From a virus: a DNA stretch of 64,000 nucleotides. The translations under genes and the position numbers were made by a program. Under the pieces are notes generated by a model. The model was given only the letters and a program-made list of their open reading frames with translations, ran no database searches and was not told the DNA's origin. Where the stretch lies: the IMG/VR virus record IMGVR_UViG_3300033571_007537, positions 26,991 through 90,990 of that record; one strand, 5' to 3'. Of the stretch, positions 1-13,300 are shown piece after piece; within the stretch, counting starts at the first letter, position 1, and each line of letters begins with the position of its first letter.

Positions 1-3000
1 TCTAGAGATGTTAGCAAACTCGTCGTCGTAAGAGAATACAGAGTCAATCTTTGATGATAACTCGGCTACTCGAGCTGAAAGTTCAGCATTCTTCTGGGCT
101 TTTACCTCAGCAAAAAGTGCTTTGGCAGACTCAGAACGAGTGTTCAATTCAGCCGTAGTAAAGGTCTCAAGGCGGGCAAGGCGCTCGTTAAGCTCGGTTA
201 GAGGGTCACTCTTCATCTTTGCTAGCATCTGAGCACCAGCAGCAACAAGAGCCATAACCTGACCAGAAGCAACCATTGCACGAGCAATAGGGAATCCGGG
301 AACGTTTACCTGACATACAGCAACAAGTTCTAGTGAGCCACGGATTGGACGCCAGTCACCTGAAGGAGCAGATGCACGAACTGCACGAACCTGCTCAGGG
401 GTAATACCCGGACGTAGTGAGCCAGAGACCCAAATACCATAAGCGTCTTCGCCTGCGTGAACATCAGCAAAAGCTGAGGCTGTGTCGTCGTAGTGCTTAG
501 CGGCTTGCTGAGCACTTGCGTGTAGTGGAGCGTGTCCACCTGCAAGGGTTAGTTGCCCTACTGGTACATCGGTTCCATCGGAGGTGCGAACTACACCTGA
601 GTGGAAGTATGCATACTTACTCTTTGAACGTGGCGGCTTTGTGCCTCCAGCCATTCCGATGTGGTCGACGTGCCAAGCGGCAATGTGTCCAAAGACTTTA
701 CCATCGTCGGTGACAGTTAGAGGTGTCGCCTTGGTTAGCTTAGGGTTGTCGAACCATTCGGTAGGTGGAGTTAGTGGAATAGCACCAGCAACGTATCCGC
801 AAGCTACAATAGCTGCGGCATCTGCCGGGTCCACTTCTTCCGCGTAGACTCCATCTGGAATCACGATATCCTCCTGTGGTGGGGTGGTTGGTTCCTCTTC
901 TAAGAGGAAGATTTGGCATTCTTGAAATGCTGGCTTCGGTACTATTGTAGCAGCCATTACGCGTGCTTTATTTATAACAAGTTTGTCTTTTTTGACATCT
1001 TTGCTATCTGATGCTTCTTTTGCTTCTTCTGCTTCAAACTGGTCCATATCCGCAGAAACTCCACGGATAAAGCCATTACGAACTAGACGCTCAGCCTCTT
1101 TACCGTAAACACCTGAATCGAAGACTCCGAAAGCATTTCCGATACCGTTTTCGGTTCTTTCCATGCGGTCGATACGACCAACCACAACAGAGCCCATGTG
1201 GCCATCAGAAGTTTTAATCTGCCATAGCAGAGGCAAAGGCATCTCTCTCATTGTGATTGAGCCCTTACGGAACTTGCGTCCATCTCCAGACTCGATTCCC
1301 TCAGGGATAACTAGAGGAATAGAGAACGCTGAGCCATAGCTGTCAAGCCCGCTAGCGGTGATTCCACTGATTCGGTCTTTGGCATCTTGGATGCGAGCAT
1401 CACGAGTTGCAAGCTCGATGACGTGGTTAGTAGCGTTTAGAGATTCGTTGCTGAAAGACGCACTGCTAGTTAGTCCACGCTTACGCTTTGATAGTTGGCG
1501 GTTACGCTTGTCGCCCGGCCAAACACCATTAACTTCCTTGTGACGTAGAGCACAGTAACCTTTTGCACGAGGACCTAGGTACTTGCCGAGCTGACGAACA
1601 CAGCGGGTCCAGTCGCCCGGAGTTCCCCAGCGAATCTTGGCAGCACCTTTACCGCGAGTCCAATAACGGCGAAGCTCTTCGGCGTTTCCTCTGTTGCGGT
1701 CTGCACCACCAGCAGCGGTGATAGAACTTTCAATGAAGCTCATTAAATCTTGGCTAGGTCCCCACAAAACCATAAACGCTTGGTCAGGATTGTAGCCAGC
1801 TGAAGCTAGGACGCCATCAACCTGCTTTAGAACATCCTGAAGACTTGCCTCATCTAGAGCAATAGTCGGAGGAGGAGTTGCTGACTTCATGTCAGTAAGA
1901 ATGTTTTCCGCACGGACCCACTTCTGGTCAGCACGACGGTAGGTCATTGGGGCAGTTGATTTGTTGCTAGCAGGAACTAAAGCAACTAGGTCAAGTACGG
2001 CACGAGGGTCGTCTTCAGCAACAATAACCATGTATAGAGGCTGGACATCTGAGGTGTCAGGGTTTACTTCGCGCTCTGGCTCTGAATCATTTTCAGTAGC
2101 GAACACTGGTTTTGCCCAAGCTTCGTTTGCTTCTACAGATTCAGAAGCAGTTTTTTTACGCTTCAGTTTCTTTAGAAGTTCGTGCTCGCCCTTAGGCTCT
2201 TCTGCAGATGACACCATCGGGTCAGGCTTAAAAGATTCACGCTGCTCACGAACCCAAGTGTCCCAGTTGTAAAGAACATCGTGTAAGTCCTTGGTGCTCA
2301 TTGGAGGTAGAGTTCCAGGCAGATGAGCCTTCGGTTGGTCAATAGGTGTGCGAGGCTCACCGAGGATTCCAGATGTATCTAGTGGAGCATCAAAGTCCGA
2401 CTGGGCAGAAGTAGGGCGTAGGTTTGGCTCTTCAGCTTGACCACCTTCTCCCTCATTCTGAACAAGCTTAGGGTCAACGTTTACTTCGTTTCCGTTGTCA
2501 AGCTTGACCTTCAAAGTTCCATCTGGGTTAAGACCTGAAGAAGTTCCTGCAGCCCTAGGGTCTCCACCAATGGTGACTCTACCGTTGTTAGGGATAAACT
2601 TACCGAAAGCATCACGTGCTTGGCTAGCTGCTCTTTGAGCACGTTCTTCTGGAGTATCAATTCCATCACCAGACGAAGTAGCCTTTTCAAAAGACTCTCC
2701 AGCAGCAATGATTGCCTTGTCCATAAATGCCCAGTCGACGTCGTGCATGTGCTGAGACATAAGCTCTGCTTCATCGCGGTCGATGTCAAAGATAGAGATG
2801 TTAACGTGAGGTGCCTGCTCTAAACGGGCAGCAATAATAATCGCAGACTCGGGGTCAATCTCAATGTGAGACTTTTCAACTGTGTCGTATGGGTCATCGA
2901 GAGCTTTGTCGTAGGTCCAAACATCTCCATCAAGAGAGGCTAGGTCTTCCCAAATACCGTCGTCCCAAACATAGACGCGACCATCGACATCTACTTTGTA

Positions 3001-3708
3001 TAGACGGTCAATACCAGAGCCGTCCATGCGGACACGGGCTACAAACTCTGGACCACGTGCAACATCAAATGTGTAGGCTTCTTTGAAAGATTCAAGAGGG
3101 TCAGAGCCCTCATAAAAAACTGATTCAGACTCACTAAGGCCAGATGCTTTTAGAGCCTTCTTCTTGTTGTTTTCGGTTTCAACAATGTCAGCAGCCCAAC
3201 GCCAAGCGGGGTTCCCGCCCCACAAGGCCCACGCGATTCGTCCGTTGCTTGGGAAGTTATCTTCTCCCGGAGACCAGCCTTTACCCTTTTTGTCTACTTC
3301 GTGACGAGGAAAATACTTAGCGATGTGGCGTACCTTCTCGATGCCAATCTGCCCGCCCTTGGCAAGAGTGCGAGCAGTGTTCAAGCCAACAGGGGTTCCA
3401 CCACGTTTGTGCTCTTTACGCCACTTCAAAGCCTTAATAGCCTCTGCTTGGGCAGCTTTTGGAATTGTGTACTTACGGGCACCAGCAGCGACGATTGGGG
3501 ACTGGACGTAGATTGCCAGTGCAGACGCTGTTAGGGTTTCAAGTTCTTCGGTTAGTACGTAGTCAGTCGACTCCCACTTGCGTGCACCCTGTAGGGTTGC
3601 GAGAGACCCGCCCTCAACAATGATGTTGAAGTCAGTGTCAAGCACTACAGCGTTGCTCCCATCGGTGATAAGAGCTAGCGAGTCAGTAAGACCAACGACT
3701 TTTGGCAT
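1..3708 (-). CDS. Capsid maturation (prohead) protease polyprotein, >1236 aa, runs off the window edge
   Basis: Absent from the ORF track because it has no stop in the window. Spot-translated in frame from ATG 3708 (MPKVVGLTD...) to base 1. Contains the head-protein domain GGTPVG...RHE...GRIAWALWGG, the domain GNAEELRRYW...GDWTRC, a protease-like core (PLLWQ..SDGH..SVVVGRI...IRGVSADMD) and the C-terminal FGHIAAW...HYDDT...SGDWR domain typical of actinophage maturation proteases. Confidence 0.75.
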   Translation of the reverse strand, partial: MPKVVGLTDSLALITDGSNAVVLDTDFNIIVEGGSLATLQGARKWESTDYVLTEELETLTASALAIYVQSPIVAAGARKYTIPKAAQAEAIKALKWRKEHKRGGTPVGLNTARTLAKGGQIGIEKVRHIAKYFPRHEVDKKGKGWSPGEDNFPSNGRIAWALWGGNPAWRWAADIVETENNKKKALKASGLSESESVFYEGSDPLESFKEAYTFDVARGPEFVARVRMDGSGIDRLYKVDVDGRVYVWDDGIWEDLASLDGDVWTYDKALDDPYDTVEKSHIEIDPESAIIIAARLEQAPHVNISIFDIDRDEAELMSQHMHDVDWAFMDKAIIAAGESFEKATSSGDGIDTPEERAQRAASQARDAFGKFIPNNGRVTIGGDPRAAGTSSGLNPDGTLKVKLDNGNEVNVDPKLVQNEGEGGQAEEPNLRPTSAQSDFDAPLDTSGILGEPRTPIDQPKAHLPGTLPPMSTKDLHDVLYNWDTWVREQRESFKPDPMVSSAEEPKGEHELLKKLKRKKTASESVEANEAWAKPVFATENDSEPEREVNPDTSDVQPLYMVIVAEDDPRAVLDLVALVPASNKSTAPMTYRRADQKWVRAENILTDMKSATPPPTIALDEASLQDVLKQVDGVLASAGYNPDQAFMVLWGPSQDLMSFIESSITAAGGADRNRGNAEELRRYWTRGKGAAKIRWGTPGDWTRCVRQLGKYLGPRAKGYCALRHKEVNGVWPGDKRNRQLSKRKRGLTSSASFSNESLNATNHVIELATRDARIQDAKDRISGITASGLDSYGSAFSIPLVIPEGIESGDGRKFRKGSITMREMPLPLLWQIKTSDGHMGSVVVGRIDRMERTENGIGNAFGVFDSGVYGKEAERLVRNGFIRGVSADMDQFEAEEAKEASDSKDVKKDKLVINKARVMAATIVPKPAFQECQIFLLEEEPTTPPQEDIVIPDGVYAEEVDPADAAAIVACGYVAGAIPLTPPTEWFDNPKLTKATPLTVTDDGKVFGHIAAWHVDHIGMAGGTKPPRSKSKYAYFHSGVVRTSDGTDVPVGQLTLAGGHAPLHASAQQAAKHYDDTASAFADVHAGEDAYGIWVSGSLRPGITPEQVRAVRASAPSGDWRPIRGSLELVAVCQVNVPGFPIARAMVASGQVMALVAAGAQMLAKMKSDPLTELNERLARLETFTTAELNTRSESAKALFAEVKAQKNAELSARVAELSSKIDSVFSYDDEFANISR

Positions 3709-3729
3709 AAGTAAAACCTTTAGAGTTAA

Positions 3730-4365
3730 CTATTCAGGGATAATTTCAAATGGCTTTAGGCTAGCTAAAGTCAAAACTTTTGTGTCATAGATTTCTAAGA
3801 ACTGGTCAGACATTTCTGGGTTGATAGGTACAGCAATAATGTCATCAAAAGCAGGGTCTGCATCATTCATCAAAACCCAGTCCCCACCAACACGAGCGTA
3901 TCTACCTTGCTCGTTGTCATATAGAACGCCGATTACTACATCGTCCCCTGCAAAGACACAGGCGTAAAGTTCTTCAACTGGGGCGTCAGCATCTGCTGCC
4001 ATAGGGTTTTTCTCCGTAATCCTCTTAAGATTTTGCTTAAGAACACTGACAGGTAGTGGGATTCGATAGTAAGAAAGCCAGATGCCATCTTCTTCTCGAA
4101 GGTCACGAACTGTATAGTCAGAACTCAGCGTACTGAATTTAATTATACCTGTATTTTTATCAGTTGTTATGTCGCTAATGACTTGAAAGTTGGGGTCGTT
4201 ACCCATCCAGTAGGAGATAGTCACAACAGCGTCACCTTGATGGGCAGTTATGCCATTAGCAACTCGGGCCATCTTTTCGCCAGTTTCACGGTCGACGTGA
4301 GTAACTACTCGGTAGCCGTCAAATATGAGTCTAGGCTCGGTTGGAGCTAAGGTCGATTCATCCAT
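3730..4365 (-). CDS. Hypothetical protein in the head module
   Basis: 211-aa ORF tightly packed between the giant ORF and the protease gene, same strand. Confidence 0.7.
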   Translation of the reverse strand: MDESTLAPTEPRLIFDGYRVVTHVDRETGEKMARVANGITAHQGDAVVTISYWMGNDPNFQVISDITTDKNTGIIKFSTLSSDYTVRDLREEDGIWLSYYRIPLPVSVLKQNLKRITEKNPMAADADAPVEELYACVFAGDDVVIGVLYDNEQGRYARVGGDWVLMNDADPAFDDIIAVPINPEMSDQFLEIYDTKVLTLASLKPFEIIPE

Positions 4366-4380
4366 AATTTAATCCTAACC

Positions 4381-7300
4381 CTACTTTCCGAAAATAAAGA
4401 ATTTATTGAGTGGCTTGCCATTAATTTCAGTCACGCCTTGGTCTTGGAAGTACTGAAGTATTTCCGTAAGAAGAGGTTTCTCTCGTACTCGAATAACGTT
4501 TAGGTCTTCGTAAAGGACTTCTCCCTTGAGCATAACCTCTGACAAACTTTCACTAGACAAAGTAGAGAACTGGCTGCCCTCTAGTTTACCCCACTTATCA
4601 TTAGGGTTTCCATAGAGTCCTAATCTAGCGATTACTTTCTGAGAGTCAATATCAAATTTCAAATCTCGCATGTCGCCTACGTGACCGCTAGAGGTTTCGT
4701 TCGGAGTTTTATTAGTAAACACGTAAGCACCGCCAACGTTGTTGATGTCTGCATCGCCAGAACCTGGAGTGAAGTAGATGCCGTGCAATGCTCGGTCTGC
4801 TGCTGAACGTGATGCTCCAGAGCCGTTTCCAAAGATTTCGTTGTATACCCATTTAGCTTTATCTGAATAAGTATCTGAGGCATAGGTCGGGACAGCAAAG
4901 CCGTGGAATAGGTTTGTAAAGTTCAGAGCTTTAGTTAGTTTTTCAGCGGACTCTTTTGGCATCATAAAGTGCACCGCTCCACGCTCATTACGAGGTTTCA
5001 TGTCTGCGGCAGTAAAGCCATAATTGTCTTTGACTGAGTCTAGAACCTTTTGACGAGCTTCTCCAGTTAAGTTTTCGCTTCCATCAGGTACGTCGCCAAA
5101 TAGAGCGATAATCTTGTTCTCCAACATTGCTTGAGTGTCAATAGTAGTGGCTGGTCTAACCTGCTGCACACCAACAGCCTTTAGAGCAGCTTCAATCTGC
5201 TCTGGAGTTGCAATGTCATCAAACTGAACCTGTACTTTGTTATGGTAAGCCAACGGACCCTCTGCCCCTCCTTGTGTGTTTACTCCAACAAATTTAGGAG
5301 TTGAAGTTCCAGCGTTAGCTCTAAAAATCGATGCTCTACCTATGATATTTCCGTTGCTGTCTTTAATCGGAATAACATAGGTTTTACCCTCACCCTTCCC
5401 AGTTTTTGTGGAAGTCACGTAGTCGTTTTCATAGACCTTAGAAATTTTACCTTCTTCGTGGGTGATTCTAGATATTTTTACACCCGGTAAAGTTTTTACT
5501 TCTGGATTAGAAATTATCTGCTCACGTAAAAAGCCTGGCTTAGTGGTACTAGCGTCATCTAATGTCCAAGAAGTTAAGCCAAAGGTTAGCCTAGTTGCTG
5601 GCTTGCCTTTGTTTTCCACGACTCCAATAGATAGGGTGCTATCCTCAATGCTGTCAGCATCAACCAAGACTTCTTGTCCGAATACGCCCTGTAGTCCAGT
5701 CTTGTTTTTAGACTCGTCTAGTGCAGTTTGTAGGCTAGGAAGTTCAGGATAAGCAGACTCGTCCCAGCCGATGACTGGGGCTACATCAACAATCTGAGCT
5801 CCAGAGCCCTTCACTAGAGCAGCAGCTTTAGCGGCTTTAAGTTCTTTGGCTAGCTTTTCAGCGGCTAGCTGGTTAGCTATCGAAGCCTTTTTAGCTTCAA
5901 TAGTCGGGCCGTAAGTATCTACGACGTATTTAATTTTTGAAGCAATGATATCTTTACCCTGCTGAATTTTTTCAGCATTGACTTCTACACCTGCAGTCTT
6001 AGCACCTTCTGGGCTTACCCAGTTTTCAGTGTCGTCAACTGTGTTGCTTAGGATGTTGTTTTCCTTGTTTCCAGCGGCAGGGCCGTGAAGCCATACGACA
6101 GAAAGCGTAGCGTTAGGCTTGTCTGTATCGGTTACGATACCTGTAGAGAGTCCGTCTTGTGAGGTAACAACAGCACCAGTAATGACATATTTATCATTCT
6201 TGGTTTTAACTTTTTGAGCGTCAAATGCCTCTTTCCAAACCACAGTTGGGTTGAAATTTGTTGGCAGCATGTTGTAAGGAACTCCCATAATCTCCCCGCT
6301 GAGGCCAAGCTGAGCAAGGCCAGCCTCGCTCTTCTTATTTACACCCACGTCTTTTACGCCCTGAGCATTGAGGAATCCAGCTAGGCCATCAACCTTTTCA
6401 GCAGTCGCTGAGAGTGGTTGAGGGGTTCCGCTAACAGGAGTAGATATGTAGCCATTTGCTATATTGGATTCTGTAGGTCTGTAGATTTTAAATGAGTTCC
6501 AGCTGTAGTAGGTGCCTGTTTCTAGTTTTCCTTGATTCTTTTGGAATCCAGACATGGTGTACACACTGTTACCCTCGGTTGGGTAGATAATACGAGTAGT
6601 TATCCTGCCACGTATCCCGTCGACGCCAACAGCTACTATTTGTCTATACATAGTTTTGTCGCCAACCCCCCTACGTATGACGTCACCAACTTTAAGTTCG
6701 TTTGTAGTTATTTTACCAATTGAGGTAAATGGAGCTTTCTTTCCACCCTTAATAGTTACATCTTCAAACTTAAGCTTCTTTACTGGGTAGCCATCATAGT
6801 TTGGGTCAGCATCTGCTGCTGGAGACTTAGAGGCATCTAGCTCAGTAGCCAACTCTTTAACTTCAGTTGCAGCATTTGCAACCTCTTCGCCAATAGGAGT
6901 GTTAGCCATTGATGTTTCTACGCTGTCTGCTAGACCTGTAACATCTTCGGTGGTTAGTTCTTTGTCTGATTTAGCAAGGATATCTGAATTAACAATTCCA
7001 GCATTTATCTCAGCTACTAACTCGTTGACTGCTAATTGCTTAATCTGTTCTGGGGTGTTGAACAGAAGTGAAGCAATAAAGTCATTATACTTTTTCTCTA
7101 GGTCTGGGCTTGTAGATAGGTCCCAGTTATTGGCTATCGAAACTAGTGTATCGATACTCTCTTGAGTAGCAGGAGTGTCTTTGTCGATTACCTTGTCTAG
7201 TTCAACTGAACCTGGAACCTTTGGCTCGTTAGGAACTACAACTGCAGAAGTCTGCATGTCCAAGAACATCTTCTTTTTCTCGTCCAAAGAAATGGTCTTT

Positions 7301-10300
7301 AGAGTGTGGTTGCCATCGTTGTCTATTGAATCTGTGAGGATGCGGAATACGCCGTCATCTCCGTAACCAGCGGATACAACGTGTACCCACTCATCGTTAA
7401 CGTGAAGTAGGTCTCCAGACTGCAACTCTGACCACTTTCTTGGAGTGTTAGTTCCTAGAATTGCATCAGAGTATAGGGCGTTGTTTGAGTCGTATAGCGG
7501 ATGCTTTACGCCATCTACATCTACGAACGAAGGTCCAAGGTCAGACTTTTGGATTTCTGGAGTTGCGTCGCTCTGAAGAGCTGGAGTCTTTGCTGGCTCA
7601 GGAGCAGAAGCTGGGTCAACTTTTTGTACTAGGTTGAAGGCAGAGCCCGAGGTCTCGTTGTCGATGGTTTCTTTAGTGCCATCATTGTATTCGATTGTGA
7701 AGCCCGCGTATCCGCTTGGAGCCATAAAGTTACCTGTAACCTTACCGCTCTTACCATTCTGAGGATTAAACACTGAATCGCCAGTTACAACAGGAGTGTC
7801 GCCAAACCAGTTGAAGATGTCTTCCTTGCTTGGTCCAGAGGATTGCTCTGTTGTTGAAGGAGTGATTGGCTTAGGGGTTTTATTAGTAGGAGCAGGTGGA
7901 GTAGTTGGCTCAACGAACTCAGGGGTCTCGCCTGTTCCAACGTTCTCTTGAGTCATAGCTTCTTTTAGCTTTGGATAGAACGGTTCGCTTAGTGAAGAGC
8001 TTGGTTCTGCAACTTTTAGGTTAGAAGATACACGCCAACGCTGACGGTTGGATTCATAGCCCTGCTCAGCGTTTAGGTCAGGGAAGATTACCAACATCTG
8101 GTCAGAGTATAGGTAGTCCTTTGAGTTGTGCTTGTAAATTACGCTTTCAACGACGCCTCGATAGACCTTGCCAGTCTTCTGGTCAGTCCAGTCAACGGTG
8201 TCGCCCTTCTTAACAATGGTTTCGCCATCGTAAGAAACGTGAGGAGCCTTAGGAACACCCTTACCTTCGAAGAAACTGTCTGGCAAAGACTGCGCAGACT
8301 TAGCCTTGTTCTCAGCCATCTTTGCAATAACCTCGTCAACAAAGCTAGATGGCAATCCAGCATCTGCTGCAAGTTTGTCTAGAACATCCTTGCTAACTGT
8401 GTAGTTATCGTTGCTAATGTCAGCAAAGAAACTTGATAGTGCGGTTGCTAGTTCAGCAGGAGTCTTAGGACCAACCTCGCTGTTAACGTATGACTTCAAA
8501 CCTTCGGTTAGGTCTACCTCAGGTGCGCCAGCAATAGGGACGTACTTCTGAATCTTGGTCTTGTCGTGGTTAAAGAATCCACGTGGGTTTCCACCATCGA
8601 TTGCTGTCTTAGCCTTGTCGATACGACTACTTAGAGCCTTGAAGGAGTGGAACTCTTTACCAATTTTTAGAACACGCTGTTCGCCAGTGATAAGGTCAGT
8701 TTCTTTCATGTAGACGTAGAAACGCTCACGCTTAGTACGACGAGCATACGCCTCGTACTTGTAAATTTTGCCACCAATCTTCATAGTTTGGGTGGCTTCG
8801 CCAATCTTGATATCACCGTTAGGCATAACTTCAAAGTCTGGGTTGTTCTTTAGAAGCTGGTCTGTGATTAGGTTCGGGTCAAGAATATCTGTTGGGTCTT
8901 TAGGAGTGAGGTCGTTGTTGTCATCATCGCTAATGATTTGGTCAGCTGCAGTTTCTGCTTCAGGAGCATTTTCTTCTGGAGCGTTACCGTAAGGGTTTTG
9001 TGCAAAAGTACCGTTAGCAGTGTGGTAGCTACCAAAAGCATCTAGAGCAGCAGCTTCGCTAGCGTAATCGGTTAGTTTGATGGTAGAGACATCGCCATCT
9101 TGAGTGATAGCTGTCCAAGCACCAGACTTAGACTTGCTTGGCATTACTGCACCAATATTTAGTCCATCCTTACTGAATAGACTTCCATCTTTAGTCTTTA
9201 CTTCCATGATTTCGCCATTGCCAACAGACACCTTGTTGACGGCAAGAACTCCAGGTGAACTCTCTGACAGAGCTGGGTTAAGCTTCTCTTCAGGAAGACT
9301 CTGAGCCTGCTTAAGCTCTCCAATAACTACACCAATCTCACCCTTGTTTAGGTCTTCTTTGGTTAGTAGGTTTTCAATTTCTTGCTTACGCTCTGGAGTA
9401 ATGTCCTTAGCAGCAAGCATCTTCTTTATTGACTCAACCTGAGCCTCAGTTGCTGGAGCTAAGAATCCACCCTTGTGAACAGAGAATCCCTTAGAGGCTT
9501 CGCCTGCTGGGTTCTTTGTGATTGGGTTTTCTTCTAGAGCAGTTGCCTCAGCAATTACATCTCCAACCCAAGCTTCGGCTGCTTCCTTAGTTTTGAAGTT
9601 AGCCTTCTTGTCGTTGCCTTGGGCATCTTTAACGAACGCATCGAAAGTGTTGTTTACTGTAGGAGTGATTGTTGCTGTTGAAAGTCCCCAGTTGATTACG
9701 CTACCTTCACCGACGTCTTTAATCTTGACATCTAGGTTGGTAGTTTCGGTGTTAATCTGAATGACTTCTCTGTTAGTTTCTACTACTTCTGAAACTAATT
9801 CTTCTTCAGGAACATCTACTACCTCTGGTTCGGCTTTAGAAACCTGCCCATCTGCCTTTGTGTCAACCAATAGCTGTGCAGCTGCCGCTTTACCATCTGC
9901 AAATGTTGCCTCGCCAGAGCCAAAACTCTTTTGCGCAATCTTGTTGCGATTTTCGTCTAGGAGCTGGGCTGTTACGTAATCTGCTTTGCTGGCAGAGCCT
10001 CCACTTGATGAACTATTTTGCTCATACACTACCCTGAGAATGTACCCAGTTTCTGGGTCGACCGCTTCATCAACACTCACGCCTCCAACATTCACGACGG
10101 ACTTCCACTCTAGAGGAGGCGTAGGCTCGGCAGCAGGGGTAGGAGCAGGAGTTGTAGCAGAAGGTGGTGCGCTCTGCTCTGCTTTCTTCTTGTTGTATTC
10201 AGCTTGATACTGGGTAGAGATTTCGCCAGCACTCTTGTTGTTTCTGATGTGAGCAATAGTGGTAGATGGGCTCCACTGATAAGTCTTAATCTTGCCAGTC

Positions 10301-13300
10301 TTTGGGTTAAGAACTGAGAAAGTAGTTAGCTGCTTAGATACACCAAGCTTCACACCCTTGCCAGTCTTTACGCCAACTACTACACCGACGTAGTCATCAA
10401 CACCTGCTACGTCTCCATACTGGAGTTTGCTTGCAGGGATGTATTCAAATACTTCGCCAGCCTCTGTTGTGAGTTTAGGGTAAGGCTGTTCTTCTAGTCC
10501 TGCGGCTTCTGGTTCTGCTGGGACAGCATCGAGTCCACTATCTGCTGGTAGCTGGTCTCCGCCCACTGGGCTAGTTCCTGCTGGCTCATCTCCTGCGGGT
10601 TCTTCGGTAGCTGGACCATCTGAATCTTGTTCGGTTCCGCTTGTGGATTCTCCATTTTGCTGTGCCTTGCCTTTCTCGGTATACACGTAATTGCCTGTTG
10701 AAATATCATACACTGAAAGCTCTCCGCGTGCATCTGCACGTGCAAGGGCTTCCTCTTCTGTTGCGGCTACTTCGCTGACGTCTAGGTAAACTTTACCGTT
10801 TTCAGCATCGTGCCATGTTCCTAGGAAGAACCCTGGTTCTCCTAGTTTCTCTGCGTTCTTAAGCGCGAACGCTTCTAGAATCGCTCTACCCTTTGCAGCG
10901 TCAAAGAAGTCTGCCGCTTCGACAACTTCTTCACGCTTAGTTAGGGTTCCGTCTGGAAGTGCTACATCTGGTTCCATCGCAACGATGAATCCTTGAGCAG
11001 GTGAACTGCCATCAACGAAGTCAATAGTGCCACCGCCGTTAGCACCTGTACGGCTAACGATACTTTCTAGACCCTTTGGTGTAGTTGTGGCAGGAACAAA
11101 AATTGTGGATAGGTCGTACTTGTCTAGGATGCTCTTACGACGAAGCTTTAGAAGGTCAGCTAGGACGCCAGCTTTTTCAGGGTCGCTGGAAACAATTCCA
11201 TTTACCAACTGGTCAATCTGCTGGTCGCTAATCTTTTGAAGAGCCTTGGCTGATTCGAGCTTCTGCTCTTCTGTCATACTGCCAAATACTGCTGTGCTGT
11301 ACGGGTTCTTTCCGTTAATCAGAGTATCAATTTCAGTGGCTTCTTCATTGAAAGCATCGCCCTTAGGGGCACCTTGAGCACGGAATAGTAGTGCGCCACC
11401 CGGGTCAACACGAACTGGTTCGCCATTTGCATCTGAAACAATGTTGTCGTATCCAGTACCAGCAACGTCCCAGTTTGCTAGCCATGCGTCAACTGCAAAG
11501 CCCTCTTGGATTTTTCCAATAAAGTTCTTGTCGTCTAGCTTTTGACCTAGGTCTGGCTTGGCACCTTCAATCATTGGAGAGAATACAACTTCAGTACCGT
11601 CAGCCAAAATACCCTTACGAAGTTTGGCGGTTTCAATGCCTAGAGCTTCGTATAGTGCTGCTGCTAGAACTTCGTTATCTGCGTGCAGTTTGCTTTGAGC
11701 AACCTTTGCGTAGATTCTGTTGCCGTTCTCGTCTTCGTAAGTTCCGCCCTCGTTTGAGCCCTGCTTCTCGCCAACTTTTTTATAACCGCTTAGGTCTGCG
11801 AAAAGGCTAGCGTCTTCAGTTACCTGAGCAACTGTTGCTTTAGAAACTGTTGGAGCAGCATCTTCTGTTTTAGAAACTTCGTCAAGGTCTGCAAGAATCT
11901 TGTTAGTGTCGACGCCCTGAAGTTGTAGAGCATCACGAACAGCGTCCGCTTCTACGGTGTACGCTGGGCCCTTGTTGTTACCCTCTTCGTCTTTCATCTG
12001 AAGACGTACTGAGGAGTCTCCTCTGTTCAGAGCAATACGCAATCCACCCTCTAGGGCGAACTTGTTAAAGTTGTCAGCGATGAACTGTGGCTCGTCGCTA
12101 ACACCCTCAGGGAAGCCACTCTTGTCCTCTAGAGGGACGTAAGGGTCAATACCTAGTCCATACTGGATACTTAGGTCAGGGTCGTTCTCAAGTAGCTTGG
12201 AGCCCTCTGCCGGGGTCTCTGGAAGTACTGCTTTAACCTCTGGAGCCTTGGCTGGCTTAGCTTCATCAATCTTGTCCAATTCGCTAGGAGCCTTCTCCTG
12301 AGCGGCTGGCTTGATTAGTTCAGCCTTGACTTCATCTTTGTTCTTTTTGCTGTTAGCAGCCTTAGCCTTTTTAAGGTCTTTGTCCTCGACTTCAAGAGTT
12401 GCATCTACAACAGCAACCAAAGCGTCTTTTAGATTTGAAAGGTCTTTTGGAAGTGAAAGAGCAGCAGCCATCATCTGTGCAGTGATAACTTCTTCGTCTC
12501 CGCCATTAGCAATCTGCTTGATGCGGTCAGTTATAGGTGAGTCAGAATTTCCAACAAACTGGGTTAGAGCAGGGGTTGTCAGATTTGAACCAGCAAGGCT
12601 CTTTAGGGCAGCGTCAACCTTTGATAGGTTCTTGCCAGACTTAGCGGCAACAGCAGCAACTCGGTCTTCTGCGCTATAGGTTTCTGTCTCGGCTGCGGCT
12701 GGCTTCTCTAGAACATCTGGAGCGTCTTCAATTGCTTTGTCAAACTTTTCGGTGTCTTTGTTAGCAGCGACCTGAACTTTGCCCCAGCTCTGAACACGAG
12801 CAACAACTTCAGTTTCACCCTCGCCCTTGTAGATTGTAGCGTCACGCTTTACAACGTAAACTGGCTCGTTCTTTTGGAACTTTCCATCTAAACCGCTACC
12901 AGAGTTTTCAGCACCGCCATCAATCTCGGCTTGCTTCTTGAACGCAGGGTCAGACTTTTTACCTGAGTAGTTGTTGTAGACATCAACGATGTAGCCATCT
13001 TCAGACTTGTAACGCTTGTCTGGGTCAGAGTCTGATTCTTTTTTGTAGTTAGGGTCTTCGGTCCAACCATTAGGGACATCTTTTTTGGTCTTAAGAAGTT
13101 CGGCAACATCAAGAAAGTCAGTTCTAGTTTGGTCTACGTTCTGACCCTTGCTATCTTTTAGCAGGTTCTCAGGAGTAACACCTTGTAGTGCTTGGGTACG
13201 GTCAGCTGGAGCGACAATGATACCGCTACCTAGTTCAGGGTGGTTCTTGACCTCAATCTCAACGGTGCTTGGGTCTTTACCGCTACCTAGCGAGGTACCA